Positions 50,236 to 59,492 are shown, counted from the stretch's first letter. The stretch is DNA of 64,000 nt from an uncultured bacterium (GCA_937996685.1 CALKUP010000006.1:1-64000); one strand, 5' to 3'. The notes: generated by a model from the letters alone, not told the origin. A program made the numbers and translations.

Positions 50236-50688
50236 TCAGGCGTACGCGACGTCGGAGTTCACACTCAGGACCGCCGAACGAACGGCGGCCACAAGCGCCC
50301 ACTCGGGAACAGTTCCCTCGCCCTGCGGTGTCATCCTTTCGCCCTTCTGGACAAACTCGTGAACGAGTTCGCCATAGCGCCAAAAGGCTTGCTGCGTGGC
50401 GTAGGTCATGGTCCCAGACATCACGATGACTCTTTTGTACGGCGCGCTTTCGCGGCCATCCATGGTCATCGTGCGGTGCAGTTCGTGAAACGAACCGCGT
50501 CCGAGCTCTACATCAGTCACGACGACGTCCACCTGCTCTCTCCCGAGCAGCGTCATTGCTTCCCAGATCGTTCTGGCCACGAACACGTCGTAGCCTTCGG
50601 ATTCCAGGAGGCGCTGCGCCACCAAGAGATTCACAGGTGTGTCATCGATGACTAACACCTTCAACCTCTGTGCTTTTTGTGTATTCAA
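50236..50688 (-). CDS. Single-domain response regulator (receiver), GC-rich
   Basis: KVLVIDD, phospho-acceptor VVVTD, VMSG, conserved K in FVQK; TTG start after a G-rich SD. Confidence 0.8.
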   Translation of the reverse strand: MNTQKAQRLKVLVIDDTPVNLLVAQRLLESEGYDVFVARTIWEAMTLLGREQVDVVVTDVELGRGSFHELHRTMTMDGRESAPYKRVIVMSGTMTYATQQAFWRYGELVHEFVQKGERMTPQGEGTVPEWALVAAVRSAVLSVNSDVAYA

Positions 50689-50872
50689 CTTCTCCCCCCA
50701 GAGAAGTAAAGGTGAAACTCTTGCGAGTCAGGCCTTTCCTTATCGGGGAAGTCCTACATGTCCACAGACCAGTTGTTTCGGTTTCCCTACTTTAACTGCG
50801 CAACAACGGACTTCACAACCGCATCAGGATTGTGACTTTGTGAGGGAATGTGCCTGAACGAGCAAAAAGCGA
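50689..50872 (-). ncRNA. Candidate structured 5' leader (riboswitch-like) of the response regulator
   Basis: Several inverted repeats and a hairpin over the SD, between the promoter and the start codon. Confidence 0.3.
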
Positions 50873-50878
50873 TGGACG

Positions 50879-50907
50879 TAAATACCATAAATATATAAAA
50901 ATGTCAA
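50879..50907 (-). promoter_or_regulatory. sigma70 promoter upstream of the response regulator
   Basis: TTGACA-17 nt-TATTTA with extended TG. Confidence 0.55.
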
Positions 50908-50954
50908 TAGCTTTTAGAGCCTTCTGGGATAACTATTGCAAGTAAAACCTAATA

Positions 50955-53753
50955 TTAGCTCAATCTTTCAGCTTGTTTCACGGTCATTTCTCCATTTACA
51001 CCCAATACGACCGTATCGCGGCGTCCTAACTCTTGAGAGAGCATCAGCTTCGCAAGTCCATCATCAACGGTGTCTTGGATCGCACGTTTGAGCGGACGAG
51101 CGCCAAATTGTGGGTCAAATCCACGCTTGGCGATATCAACAACTGCTTCCGGCGGGATCTCCATCACAATCCCTTTTTGCGCCTTTAACTGCGTCGCGAC
51201 CTTTTGCAACATATTATCTGCAATAAAGACCACCTCTTCAAATGTCAGCGGTTTAAAGACAACAATATTATCAAATCGATTTAAAAACTCTGGAGCAAAA
51301 AATTCAAGCAGTGGACCATCCATGAGCTGTGTTTTAATTTGATCTGATGAAAGCCCTGCGTTAAAACCGTTTTGAATCGCGCGCGTTCCGGCATTGGATG
51401 TCGCGATAATCATGATGTTGCTCAAATCAATTGTTCTCCCCTTTCCATCTGTTAACCGGGCGTCATCCATCACTTGCAAAAAGACATTCAAAACATCACG
51501 ATGCGCTTTTTCTAACTCATCGAGCAGCAACAATCCGAACGGCTTTAATCGAACGGCTTCGGTTAAAATTCCTTGTTCGCCATTTGTGCCGATTAATTTA
51601 TAGAGTGATGACGGAGTTTGATATTCACTCATATCAATACGGATCATGTTGTCTTCATTTCCAAAATAAACCTCCGCGATTGTTTTGGCTGTTTCGGTTT
51701 TTCCAACTCCAGTCGGTCCTAAAAATAACAAATTAGCAATTGGACGATGTTGATCTCGCAAACCTTGCCGCGCTCGGCGCAACGCTGACGCCACTGCTTG
51801 CACGGCCTCGTCTTGCCCAATCACACGGTCATGCATGATTTCCTCGAGGTGCAATAATTTTTGGCGTTCATCTTCTGTCACAGCAGAAACTTTGATGTTC
51901 GCTTTTTGTGAAATCACTAACGCAACATCATCTTTTGTCACCATACTATTTGCTCCCTTTTGCGCCTCAACGGCGGACGCAACCTCAGATGCAATGTCTA
52001 ATGCTTTTGCCGGCAAATATCGGTCTTGAATAAACTGCATCGATAAATCAACGGTCGCGGCAATCGCGGCATAGGAAAAGAAGGTGTGATATTTATATTC
52101 CAAACTCCCGGCTTTTGCTTCAACAACTTGAATGGCATCTTCACGAGTCATCTCATTGACTTGGACAACACGAAACCGTCGCAATAGTGGCCCTTTGTTT
52201 TCAATAAATTGTTGATATTCCTGCGTTGTTGTTGTCGCGATCACTTTCACAAGACCTTGCGACATTGCGTTCATTAAAATACCAGACACATCTTCAGAGC
52301 CTGATCCCGATCGCATATTCACTAAATGATGGACATCTTCAATCCCAAGAACAATGTTTCCAGCGCGTGCAATTTCAAAAATCACTTGCTGCATCCGTCC
52401 TTCAACAGCGCCGACTCCACCGGCGTTTGCAATGAGCGCACCTGGATCTAACACCACAAAACGCTTGTCTTGTAATTCCGGCGGAACATCTTCTGATGAC
52501 ATCACTTGGGCAACACCTTCAAACAAGCTGGATTTTCCAGCGCCCGGAGGCCCGACAAGGAGTACATGCGACACTCGGTCACGTAAAATTCTGAGCACTT
52601 GTTCCATTTCGGCTTCACGTCCAATCAACGGAAAAAATCCACCGCTGGCTGCTGTTGCTGTGTAATCACTGGACATTGATTGCAGGAGCGGAGAAGGCCG
52701 CGCAGTCATCGCACGATCCATAATCCCGTTTGGTTTTGACCCGGCTCGAGATTTCCACTCTCGATATCGGTCTTGTAGATTTTTTTGAATATGTATCCAT
52801 TGCACACAAGCCCTGAGCATGTCTTCATCAATTTCTAAATCATCGAAAATTTGAATTGCCCAAGCATCACGCGTTGTGATCATGATAAACAGCTCCATCA
52901 CATCAACATACTGCCGTTTACTTCGGCGGGCTTCTGCAAACGCATAAAATAACACTTGCTTCAATTCAACTCCCATATCCAAACCACCGCCAACCTCAAC
53001 GCCTTCCTTTCCAAATGCGACGCCAATCCGCTGCATCATTGGCTCACGAGCAACGCCCAGTCGCGCTAAAATGATTTTAATCGATGTACTATCTGAAACA
53101 GCTGCCAATAAATGCAACGGCGTCACAACATGATGATTCAACGACCGCGCAAGTGAATACGCAGACTCAATCGCAATAATTGCCTCCTTTGTAAAATACG
53201 GAGCCATATCAACCCGGTGCGATTTTCCTGTGTGATTGTACCCGTTAAATGTCCGGTTTGCTGGATGCTTCCAACTCCCCATTTCTTTCCACGCGTTCAA
53301 AGCCTTTTCAGAATATCGAAACGATTCTTTCGATGCCTTTTCTAAAGACAGTCGATAATACAAGAACAACAACGCGAGCATCCCAATCCAAAACATCGTC
53401 ATCGACAACGACGGCACAAGCAATACATCAAGAATGTCGCCAGCATCTCGTTGATTTACAAAAATCGCAACCGCAAGACCGAGGATGCCAATCATCGCAA
53501 CAAGAAACACAACTAATTGCAATCCAAAGTGCGCATATCGCAATAAGCGGCGCTCTGCAATTCCTGTTGCGGTAATCGGGAGATTCCAATACAGCAAAAT
53601 AGAGTCGAGAATCGCGTACACACTTGGGTTGTTCTCACAATTATGACACGCCACGTGTTGCCGACTTGGCGTTACAGTAAAGCCAAAGCCTTCACATGTT
53701 TCGCATGGAATAAACTGCATTGAGACTGTTGGTTTTTCTGGTGCTAATTCCAT
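50955..53753 (-). CDS. Membrane-anchored ClpA/B/C-family AAA+ ATPase with an N-terminal Zn finger
   Basis: CETCEGFG..CHNC, two TMs, Clp-N repeats, NBD1 GPPGAGKS, NBD2 GPTGVGKT / LLLDELEKAH / GARPLKR. Confidence 0.9.
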   Translation of the reverse strand: MELAPEKPTVSMQFIPCETCEGFGFTVTPSRQHVACHNCENNPSVYAILDSILLYWNLPITATGIAERRLLRYAHFGLQLVVFLVAMIGILGLAVAIFVNQRDAGDILDVLLVPSLSMTMFWIGMLALLFLYYRLSLEKASKESFRYSEKALNAWKEMGSWKHPANRTFNGYNHTGKSHRVDMAPYFTKEAIIAIESAYSLARSLNHHVVTPLHLLAAVSDSTSIKIILARLGVAREPMMQRIGVAFGKEGVEVGGGLDMGVELKQVLFYAFAEARRSKRQYVDVMELFIMITTRDAWAIQIFDDLEIDEDMLRACVQWIHIQKNLQDRYREWKSRAGSKPNGIMDRAMTARPSPLLQSMSSDYTATAASGGFFPLIGREAEMEQVLRILRDRVSHVLLVGPPGAGKSSLFEGVAQVMSSEDVPPELQDKRFVVLDPGALIANAGGVGAVEGRMQQVIFEIARAGNIVLGIEDVHHLVNMRSGSGSEDVSGILMNAMSQGLVKVIATTTTQEYQQFIENKGPLLRRFRVVQVNEMTREDAIQVVEAKAGSLEYKYHTFFSYAAIAATVDLSMQFIQDRYLPAKALDIASEVASAVEAQKGANSMVTKDDVALVISQKANIKVSAVTEDERQKLLHLEEIMHDRVIGQDEAVQAVASALRRARQGLRDQHRPIANLLFLGPTGVGKTETAKTIAEVYFGNEDNMIRIDMSEYQTPSSLYKLIGTNGEQGILTEAVRLKPFGLLLLDELEKAHRDVLNVFLQVMDDARLTDGKGRTIDLSNIMIIATSNAGTRAIQNGFNAGLSSDQIKTQLMDGPLLEFFAPEFLNRFDNIVVFKPLTFEEVVFIADNMLQKVATQLKAQKGIVMEIPPEAVVDIAKRGFDPQFGARPLKRAIQDTVDDGLAKLMLSQELGRRDTVVLGVNGEMTVKQAERLS

Positions 53754-54130
53754 AACGCGAGTGAATCAATAATTCCAACATGAAATAAAATATTCCACAC
53801 AATGGCCACCGGAACAAGAATCCACAACACAAACCCAATCAACAACACAAGCGTATACAGCAATGTCCAAATAGATAAAATCAAAAAATGCGCGAGCCGA
53901 ACATACAAACTAATCAAACGACCGACGATGTCGTTTTGACCGTACATTGGCGTCAGCAAAAAACGAAACAAGATCCGTAGATTATACGCGCGAGCAAATC
54001 CGTGCAATTCTTTTCCAATCAACTGTAATACATTCCATACACCAACTGTATACCACCAGACCGGAAAATACAGCACACTCCATACAATGTCTGTAAAAAT
54101 AAATCGTAATGGTTCAAAAAATGCATTCAT
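53744..54130 (-). CDS. Small hydrophobic membrane protein coupled to the Clp ATPase
   Basis: YFPVWWY, PMYGQNDIVGRLIS, TM helices; 10-nt overlap with the ATPase start. Confidence 0.78.
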   Translation of the reverse strand: MNAFFEPLRFIFTDIVWSVLYFPVWWYTVGVWNVLQLIGKELHGFARAYNLRILFRFLLTPMYGQNDIVGRLISLYVRLAHFLILSIWTLLYTLVLLIGFVLWILVPVAIVWNILFHVGIIDSLALWN

Positions 54131-54172
54131 ACAACTATGAGTATACCATATTTTTTACCGTACTGTGTACTA

Positions 54173-54595
54173 CTACGCAGCCAGCAATCGCGCATCTTCA
54201 AGAAGTGTTTCAAAATATTCTTTTGAAGACGGATATGACAAGCGCTCAAGGACAGCTTGTCCGTCACACCACTCGCCTCCATCCACTTCTGACATATCGA
54301 GCGGTAAACCCGTTTCTTCAATGACACGCATTAAGAAAAAGACAACATGATTTCGGTCACCATTTGGTGCTGTGTATGCATGCTCCGGCAAACGCTTCAC
54401 GATTTCGCATCGAAAACCAGTTTCTTCCAAAACCTCGCGCAATGCCCCTTCTTTCAATGTTTCCCCTGAATCAATATGCCCTTTCGGAAATGACCAATCG
54501 TTGTATCGATGACGATGAATTAAGAAAAATTCGGTGTGCCCACCAACTGTTCGCATGATAATTCCTCCAGCTTTGGTATGTTGTTGTTCATTCAT
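54173..54595 (-). CDS. NUDIX hydrolase
   Basis: DWSFPKG then Nudix box GHIDSGETLKEGALREVLEETG. Confidence 0.92.
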   Translation of the reverse strand: MNEQQHTKAGGIIMRTVGGHTEFFLIHRHRYNDWSFPKGHIDSGETLKEGALREVLEETGFRCEIVKRLPEHAYTAPNGDRNHVVFFLMRVIEETGLPLDMSEVDGGEWCDGQAVLERLSYPSSKEYFETLLEDARLLAA

Positions 54596-54614
54596 CCCTG
54601 TAGTATACAGGAGT

Positions 54615-55775
54615 TTACCCATTCAGACGAATCACACGCTCGCAACTCTCAAGTGTACGCTGCGCAAAATGCTCCCATGAAAACCGTTCCGTATTTTTTT
54701 TGCCAAGAAGTTGATACCGCTCACGTAGTTCACGATCTTCAATAATTCCCCGAATTGCTCGACTAAGACTCTTGCTATCAAGCACATCACACCACAATAC
54801 AGAATCATGGAGCGTTTCTTGTAGTGACGAATGAAAGCCAGCGATCACTGGAACGCCATGCATCTGCGCTTCGAGCGGCGGAAATCCAAACCCTTCAAAT
54901 AACGATGGGTAGACGCACACCGTCGCGTTTGCATAGAGTTGTTGCAGGGCAGCATCTGACGCGTAATCAAGCACATGAATCTGCGTATTTCCTTGCACTC
55001 GCTCGGCAATTTCATCAGCTCGATATCCGAACTTTCCAATCAACACAAGCTGCGCTGTCGGGTGTGATTGCTGCAGCTGCGTGAACGCATCAATCAGCGC
55101 GGTCGTGTTCTTTCGTGGTTCAATTGTTCCAACAGCAACAATCGTCGGCTGTCGCGGATCAATGCCATACGTCGCTTGTATATCGACCGGCGCGTCAACA
55201 TCTGATCGAAGTGGAACGCCTGGGTATGTGACACTGATCTGATCTGCAGGCAATGTGTATATCACTTGCGCGTCTGCAAATGTTGCGAGCGAAACAGCCA
55301 CGACTTCAGCGGCGTGATGTAACTGCGCACGCGGCCGCAACAACCAATGACGAACAACGCTTTTCACACTTTGCTCTTCGCTCATGCGCACGAATGAAAA
55401 ATCATGCACCACTTGAATAACGGGAATATCATCAGACAATGGAGTGAACTGCAAATTTGGTTGAATCACCACATCAACATCACCAAATAATTGACGCAAT
55501 GAAGGAAAACCAAAAAACGATGCAGCGGTCAATAGTTTATTTGGTATCGATCGAAACTTCCAGGTAATGTGTGCCGTTTCAGGAATATGCAACTGATCAA
55601 CAATGCGCTTGCGTTCTGCTGGCGCACGCAATGACTGTCCGGAAAAAAACAAAACGAACTCGTAGTTTTCGGGGTCTGCATATTGCAATACCGATTCAAC
55701 GAGTCCTTTTGTATATTGAGACACACCAGATGGGTATGCCTCTTGCAGCGCGCGACAGTCAATACCAATTTTCAT
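54615..55775 (-). CDS. GT4 family glycosyltransferase
   Basis: MKIGIDCR, GTIEPRKN, YPSLFEGFGFPPLEA. Confidence 0.9.
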   Translation of the reverse strand: MKIGIDCRALQEAYPSGVSQYTKGLVESVLQYADPENYEFVLFFSGQSLRAPAERKRIVDQLHIPETAHITWKFRSIPNKLLTAASFFGFPSLRQLFGDVDVVIQPNLQFTPLSDDIPVIQVVHDFSFVRMSEEQSVKSVVRHWLLRPRAQLHHAAEVVAVSLATFADAQVIYTLPADQISVTYPGVPLRSDVDAPVDIQATYGIDPRQPTIVAVGTIEPRKNTTALIDAFTQLQQSHPTAQLVLIGKFGYRADEIAERVQGNTQIHVLDYASDAALQQLYANATVCVYPSLFEGFGFPPLEAQMHGVPVIAGFHSSLQETLHDSVLWCDVLDSKSLSRAIRGIIEDRELRERYQLLGKKNTERFSWEHFAQRTLESCERVIRLNG

Positions 55776-55791
55776 CAGACCAGTCCCGCAA

Positions 55792-56409
55792 TTATGCTTT
55801 TCCCCCTTCGCGGATATATTGACGAACGTAGACAACGAAGATGCTCAAGAAGAACCCCGCAACAACACCAAGCCCGAGCGCCATCCATTGATTTAACTTG
55901 CCAGCAACAACAACTGGTGTTTGCGCTTTGACAACAAATTGCGTTTGGTCACCAGATTGCACTTGAGACGCTGATTCATCACTCACTGTTTTCGCAACAG
56001 AGTCTGCTAATTTTTTCGCTGTCTCTTCATTAAAGTCATAAAACAATACAACAAATTGTTGACTTGAATATTGTTTCGCTTGAAAACGACCAGTAAATGA
56101 ATTCACTGTTTTAATTGTATATCCTTGACCTGCGTTATCATACACCTTGCCCACAAACGCTGGCGACTTAAACCAACTCATTAAATGCTGTGTAAACAAC
56201 TCAGCACCTTTCAAATCGTAATACGCGCCATATTGATATTCAGGAGATGATGCACGGTTTGCAATTGCAACATCAAACGCAACAACCGCATTGTATTTTG
56301 TTGGCTGAGTGACAGCCCATGCAAACGCACTGATAGCGCACAATAGGGTGAATAAGAGAATAAACCATTGTGATTGCTGAAGGATTTCTTTATGTGTTGT
56401 GACTTTCAT
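55792..56409 (-). CDS. Wzz/CpsC-like chain-length determinant
   Basis: Two terminal TMs around an extracellular loop (PTKYNA); inside the glycan cluster. Confidence 0.65.
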   Translation of the reverse strand: MKVTTHKEILQQSQWFILLFTLLCAISAFAWAVTQPTKYNAVVAFDVAIANRASSPEYQYGAYYDLKGAELFTQHLMSWFKSPAFVGKVYDNAGQGYTIKTVNSFTGRFQAKQYSSQQFVVLFYDFNEETAKKLADSVAKTVSDESASQVQSGDQTQFVVKAQTPVVVAGKLNQWMALGLGVVAGFFLSIFVVYVRQYIREGGKA

Positions 56410-56423
56410 ATATATAAATGCAA

Positions 56424-57539
56424 TTAAGTAGTTTTTTGAAATGCGTTGTAGCTCTCTGTCACAAATGACTCTATTTCATTTGTAAACCGCTCGAGACTAA
56501 AGGTCAAGGCGCGCTCTCGAATCACAGCTGGATCATACCGCATTGGATCAAAATCAATCAAGAGATTCGCAAGATCCTCCCAACTTTGATGCGCCATCAA
56601 TTCTCCGTGAACACCTGGGACAACAATCTCTTTTGCACCAGCTTTATTCAACCCAATCACTGGACGACCAGCTGCAAGCGCTTCAATCATCGTGATGCCA
56701 AAATCTTCTTCTTGTGGATTAATGAACGCGAGACAATGTTCAAACAACGCTTTTCGCTCGGCATCTGGAACACGTCCAAGAAATTCAATATTCGCATTGT
56801 TCCCGGCTTGTCGTTTCAGATCGGCAAGCGCTGGACCAGATCCAAAAATTTTCAACTTCTTCCCGGTCTTCATACAAGCCTCAACAATTAAATCAAATCG
56901 TTTATACGGAACCAGTCGTCCGCCTGCTAAATAATAATCACCTACCTCTTCTTTTGACACAGGGGTAAAATCCGCAACATCAACTGGCGGATAAATCACA
57001 ACACTGTCGCGTTTGTAATATTTCCGTAACCGCTTTTCAACAGCGTTTGAATTTGTAATAAAGTAATCAACGCGGTCTGACGCTAAACGATCCCACATAC
57101 GAATCCGTGTCAGCAATAATTGCAAAATGTTTTTGACAAATCGATTCCCAGACATATCAGTCACATATGAATGCGTGTCACTCCACAAAAAACGCGTCGG
57201 TGTGTGGCAATATGAAATATGCACTGTTTCCGGACGCGTGATCACCCCTTTCGCGAACGAAGAGGTCGTTGACAGCACGACATCAAATTCAGACAAATCA
57301 TAACTCTCGACCGCCGTTGGCATGAGGGGAAAATACCATTGATATTTTTTGACACCAAGCGGGAGACGTTGAATAAATGATGTTCGAATATCTTTTTTCA
57401 AAAAATATGGATGGGCGTGCTTTGGATCATGCACAACAACATACACCGGCGCATCAGGCCAAATCTCACAAAAGGCACGCAACACATTTTCAGCGCCACC
57501 GTCTTGCGCAAGATGATCATGAACTAAAGCAATTTTCAT
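56424..57539 (-). CDS. GT4 family glycosyltransferase (WbaZ-like)
   Basis: MKIALVHD..QDGGAE, YCHTP, EDFGITMIEA. Confidence 0.9.
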   Translation of the reverse strand: MKIALVHDHLAQDGGAENVLRAFCEIWPDAPVYVVVHDPKHAHPYFLKKDIRTSFIQRLPLGVKKYQWYFPLMPTAVESYDLSEFDVVLSTTSSFAKGVITRPETVHISYCHTPTRFLWSDTHSYVTDMSGNRFVKNILQLLLTRIRMWDRLASDRVDYFITNSNAVEKRLRKYYKRDSVVIYPPVDVADFTPVSKEEVGDYYLAGGRLVPYKRFDLIVEACMKTGKKLKIFGSGPALADLKRQAGNNANIEFLGRVPDAERKALFEHCLAFINPQEEDFGITMIEALAAGRPVIGLNKAGAKEIVVPGVHGELMAHQSWEDLANLLIDFDPMRYDPAVIRERALTFSLERFTNEIESFVTESYNAFQKTT

Positions 57540-57543
57540 ACGT

Positions 57544-58962
57544 CTATAATGTGTTTCGTTTTTTTAATAACGCGAAGGGTGTTTTTAATACAATAATCAC
57601 ATCCAGCCACAATGCCCAGTGTTCCATATAATATGTATCCAATCGCACCTCATCTTCAAAATCGAGGTCAGATCGCCCAGTCACTTGCGCGAGCCCGGTA
57701 ATTCCCGGCTTCATATATAATACACGTTTATGATGTTTTTGGTATTGCGCCACTTCTTCCGGCAAATGTGGACGCGGCCCCACCAAACTCATATCCCCTT
57801 TTAATACTAAGAAAAATTCTGGTAATTCATCAATACTAAACCGACGAATAAACGAACCAACCCGCGTCACTCGAGGATCATCGATAATTTTCACCATTGG
57901 CGATCCTTTTCGGGCATTGCGTTCTTGCAACTGCTCGTCATAACGCAGCGAATCGGTGTTTTGTTTCATTGAGCGAAATTTGAAATACCCAAACGGTTTG
58001 CCATATTGTCCAATCCGTTTTAACGAAGTGCCGTCATCTTTCTTGCTGAAAAAAATCGGGAAACCAGAATCAATAACAATCGCAACAGCCGCAGCGAGCA
58101 TAATTGGAGATGATGCAATAATCAAAAACAGACTCCCAACAATATCAAATAATCGTTTCAAAATTCTTCCCCACCCTTCGAGCGGTGTTTTTTTCACTTC
58201 GACAATTGGAATTCCTCCGATTGGTGCAATCGAAATTGTGCCGACCGGCATCTCAGCAATGGACGCGGCATATTTAAACACCAAATGATACTCATCACAA
58301 AAATCAACGAGCCGTTTCATGGTTTCACGATCCGATCCTCCGTCAGTCAATAACAGCTCTTCAATGTCTCGTGTCTCCGCCAGCGCTTGCAACTCACGTT
58401 CTACTTCGACCGTAAAGCTATTGTATGATTTTTGAATCGCATATCCGAGTGTTGGTTTTTGCGCAAACTCTTCACGAATCACATTCGCAATGTGTCCTTC
58501 CCCAATTAACGCAACCCGTGTTAAACCAATCCCTTTTGTAAACAGACGTCGCTCAATCACAATGACAGCGATGCGGAACAACAAAACGTATACTAAAGAA
58601 AAAACAAACGCCGTTAAAATAATAAACCGAGATGAAAATAAATCACGATTGACGAAGACGAGTACAATCACTGTCAGCACGCCCGTTGCGCACGACACGA
58701 ATACTTTTCGAATTTCATCAATGATCCGACGGTTGCCATCGATTTGATACAAGCCGTTCCACCAAAAAATCACAATCCAGAGAGCAGCCACAAGCAGCAA
58801 TGCTGTAATAAATTGCTGACGTGGGATTGCGTAAATCGCCGGAGGCAGTTGCTCAATACTTTCGTTAAAACGAACAGCGTACGCCGTTAAACCTGCGAGT
58901 ACGATAAAAAAATAATCAAATGGAACCAACAAGACGCTGAGAGCGAGTTCAATTTTTTTCAT
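57544..58962 (-). CDS. Priming polyprenyl-phosphate sugar phosphotransferase (WcaJ/WbaP/CpsE family)
   Basis: N-terminal TMs; KRLFD, FKFRSM, DPRVT, SIDELP, MSLVGPRP, KPGITGLAQ. Confidence 0.93.
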   Translation of the reverse strand: MKKIELALSVLLVPFDYFFIVLAGLTAYAVRFNESIEQLPPAIYAIPRQQFITALLLVAALWIVIFWWNGLYQIDGNRRIIDEIRKVFVSCATGVLTVIVLVFVNRDLFSSRFIILTAFVFSLVYVLLFRIAVIVIERRLFTKGIGLTRVALIGEGHIANVIREEFAQKPTLGYAIQKSYNSFTVEVERELQALAETRDIEELLLTDGGSDRETMKRLVDFCDEYHLVFKYAASIAEMPVGTISIAPIGGIPIVEVKKTPLEGWGRILKRLFDIVGSLFLIIASSPIMLAAAVAIVIDSGFPIFFSKKDDGTSLKRIGQYGKPFGYFKFRSMKQNTDSLRYDEQLQERNARKGSPMVKIIDDPRVTRVGSFIRRFSIDELPEFFLVLKGDMSLVGPRPHLPEEVAQYQKHHKRVLYMKPGITGLAQVTGRSDLDFEDEVRLDTYYMEHWALWLDVIIVLKTPFALLKKRNTL

Positions 58963-58972
58963 AGTCTGTCTG

Positions 58973-59492
58973 TTGTGCTTATGTGTGTTCTGTATGGCCC
59001 CTCTATAAGCCGGCTTCTGTTTCTGTTACCGAAGTAGCAGATGATAGCTATCTCTCTATGAGCTATTGTCGCCAATAACTTCGTGCTCCAATTACTGGAT
59101 TGCACCGAACAGGGTTTACCATCAAACGTTGTCACCAACGCTGAAATTTTGTCGCTCTACCCGAAAGTAGAACCATCAAAATACTTTTCACCTTTGACTC
59201 CGCAGGAGTCATCCTGAGTACATCGAAGGATCCTTCGACTCGCTTCACTCTCTCAGGATAGCTCCTACGGAGCTAGTATTGTCTCTGTGGCACTTTCCCT
59301 CGATTTATACAATAGGCGCAGAAATTTCTTTGGTGCGTCTATTATAGTATACGGGTTGCCGTTAGCAACTGTCCTTGACCGGTCTCTATTGCTAGAGGCC
59401 GAGGTGGCCAGACTTTCCTCTCTTTATAGCCAGTAAACCGACTATATTGAGCAGCTATCCAAAGAACCAGTACAGCGCACACATAAGCACAA
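58973..59492 (-). ncRNA. rnpB: RNase P RNA, expanded bacterial form (mature core about 58990-59475)
   Basis: Minus strand GAGGAAAGTCTGGC, GAAAGTGCCACAGAGAC, AAGGTGAAA, GGTAAACC...GTGCAA and ACAGAAGCCGGCTTAT in the expected order; P1-P4 pair. Confidence 0.95.
59208..59262. repeat. REP-like palindromic element inside rnpB P12
   Basis: GTCATCCTGAG..TCGAAGGATCCTTCGA..CTCAGGATA nested palindrome. Confidence 0.5.

Noticed and set aside
50765-50835. Hammerhead-like words on the minus strand (CUGAUG...GAAAC...GUC)
   Set aside because: The core reads CUGAUGC, not CUGANGA. Stem I is not contiguous and stem III would be 2 bp. A simple hairpin explains the region better.
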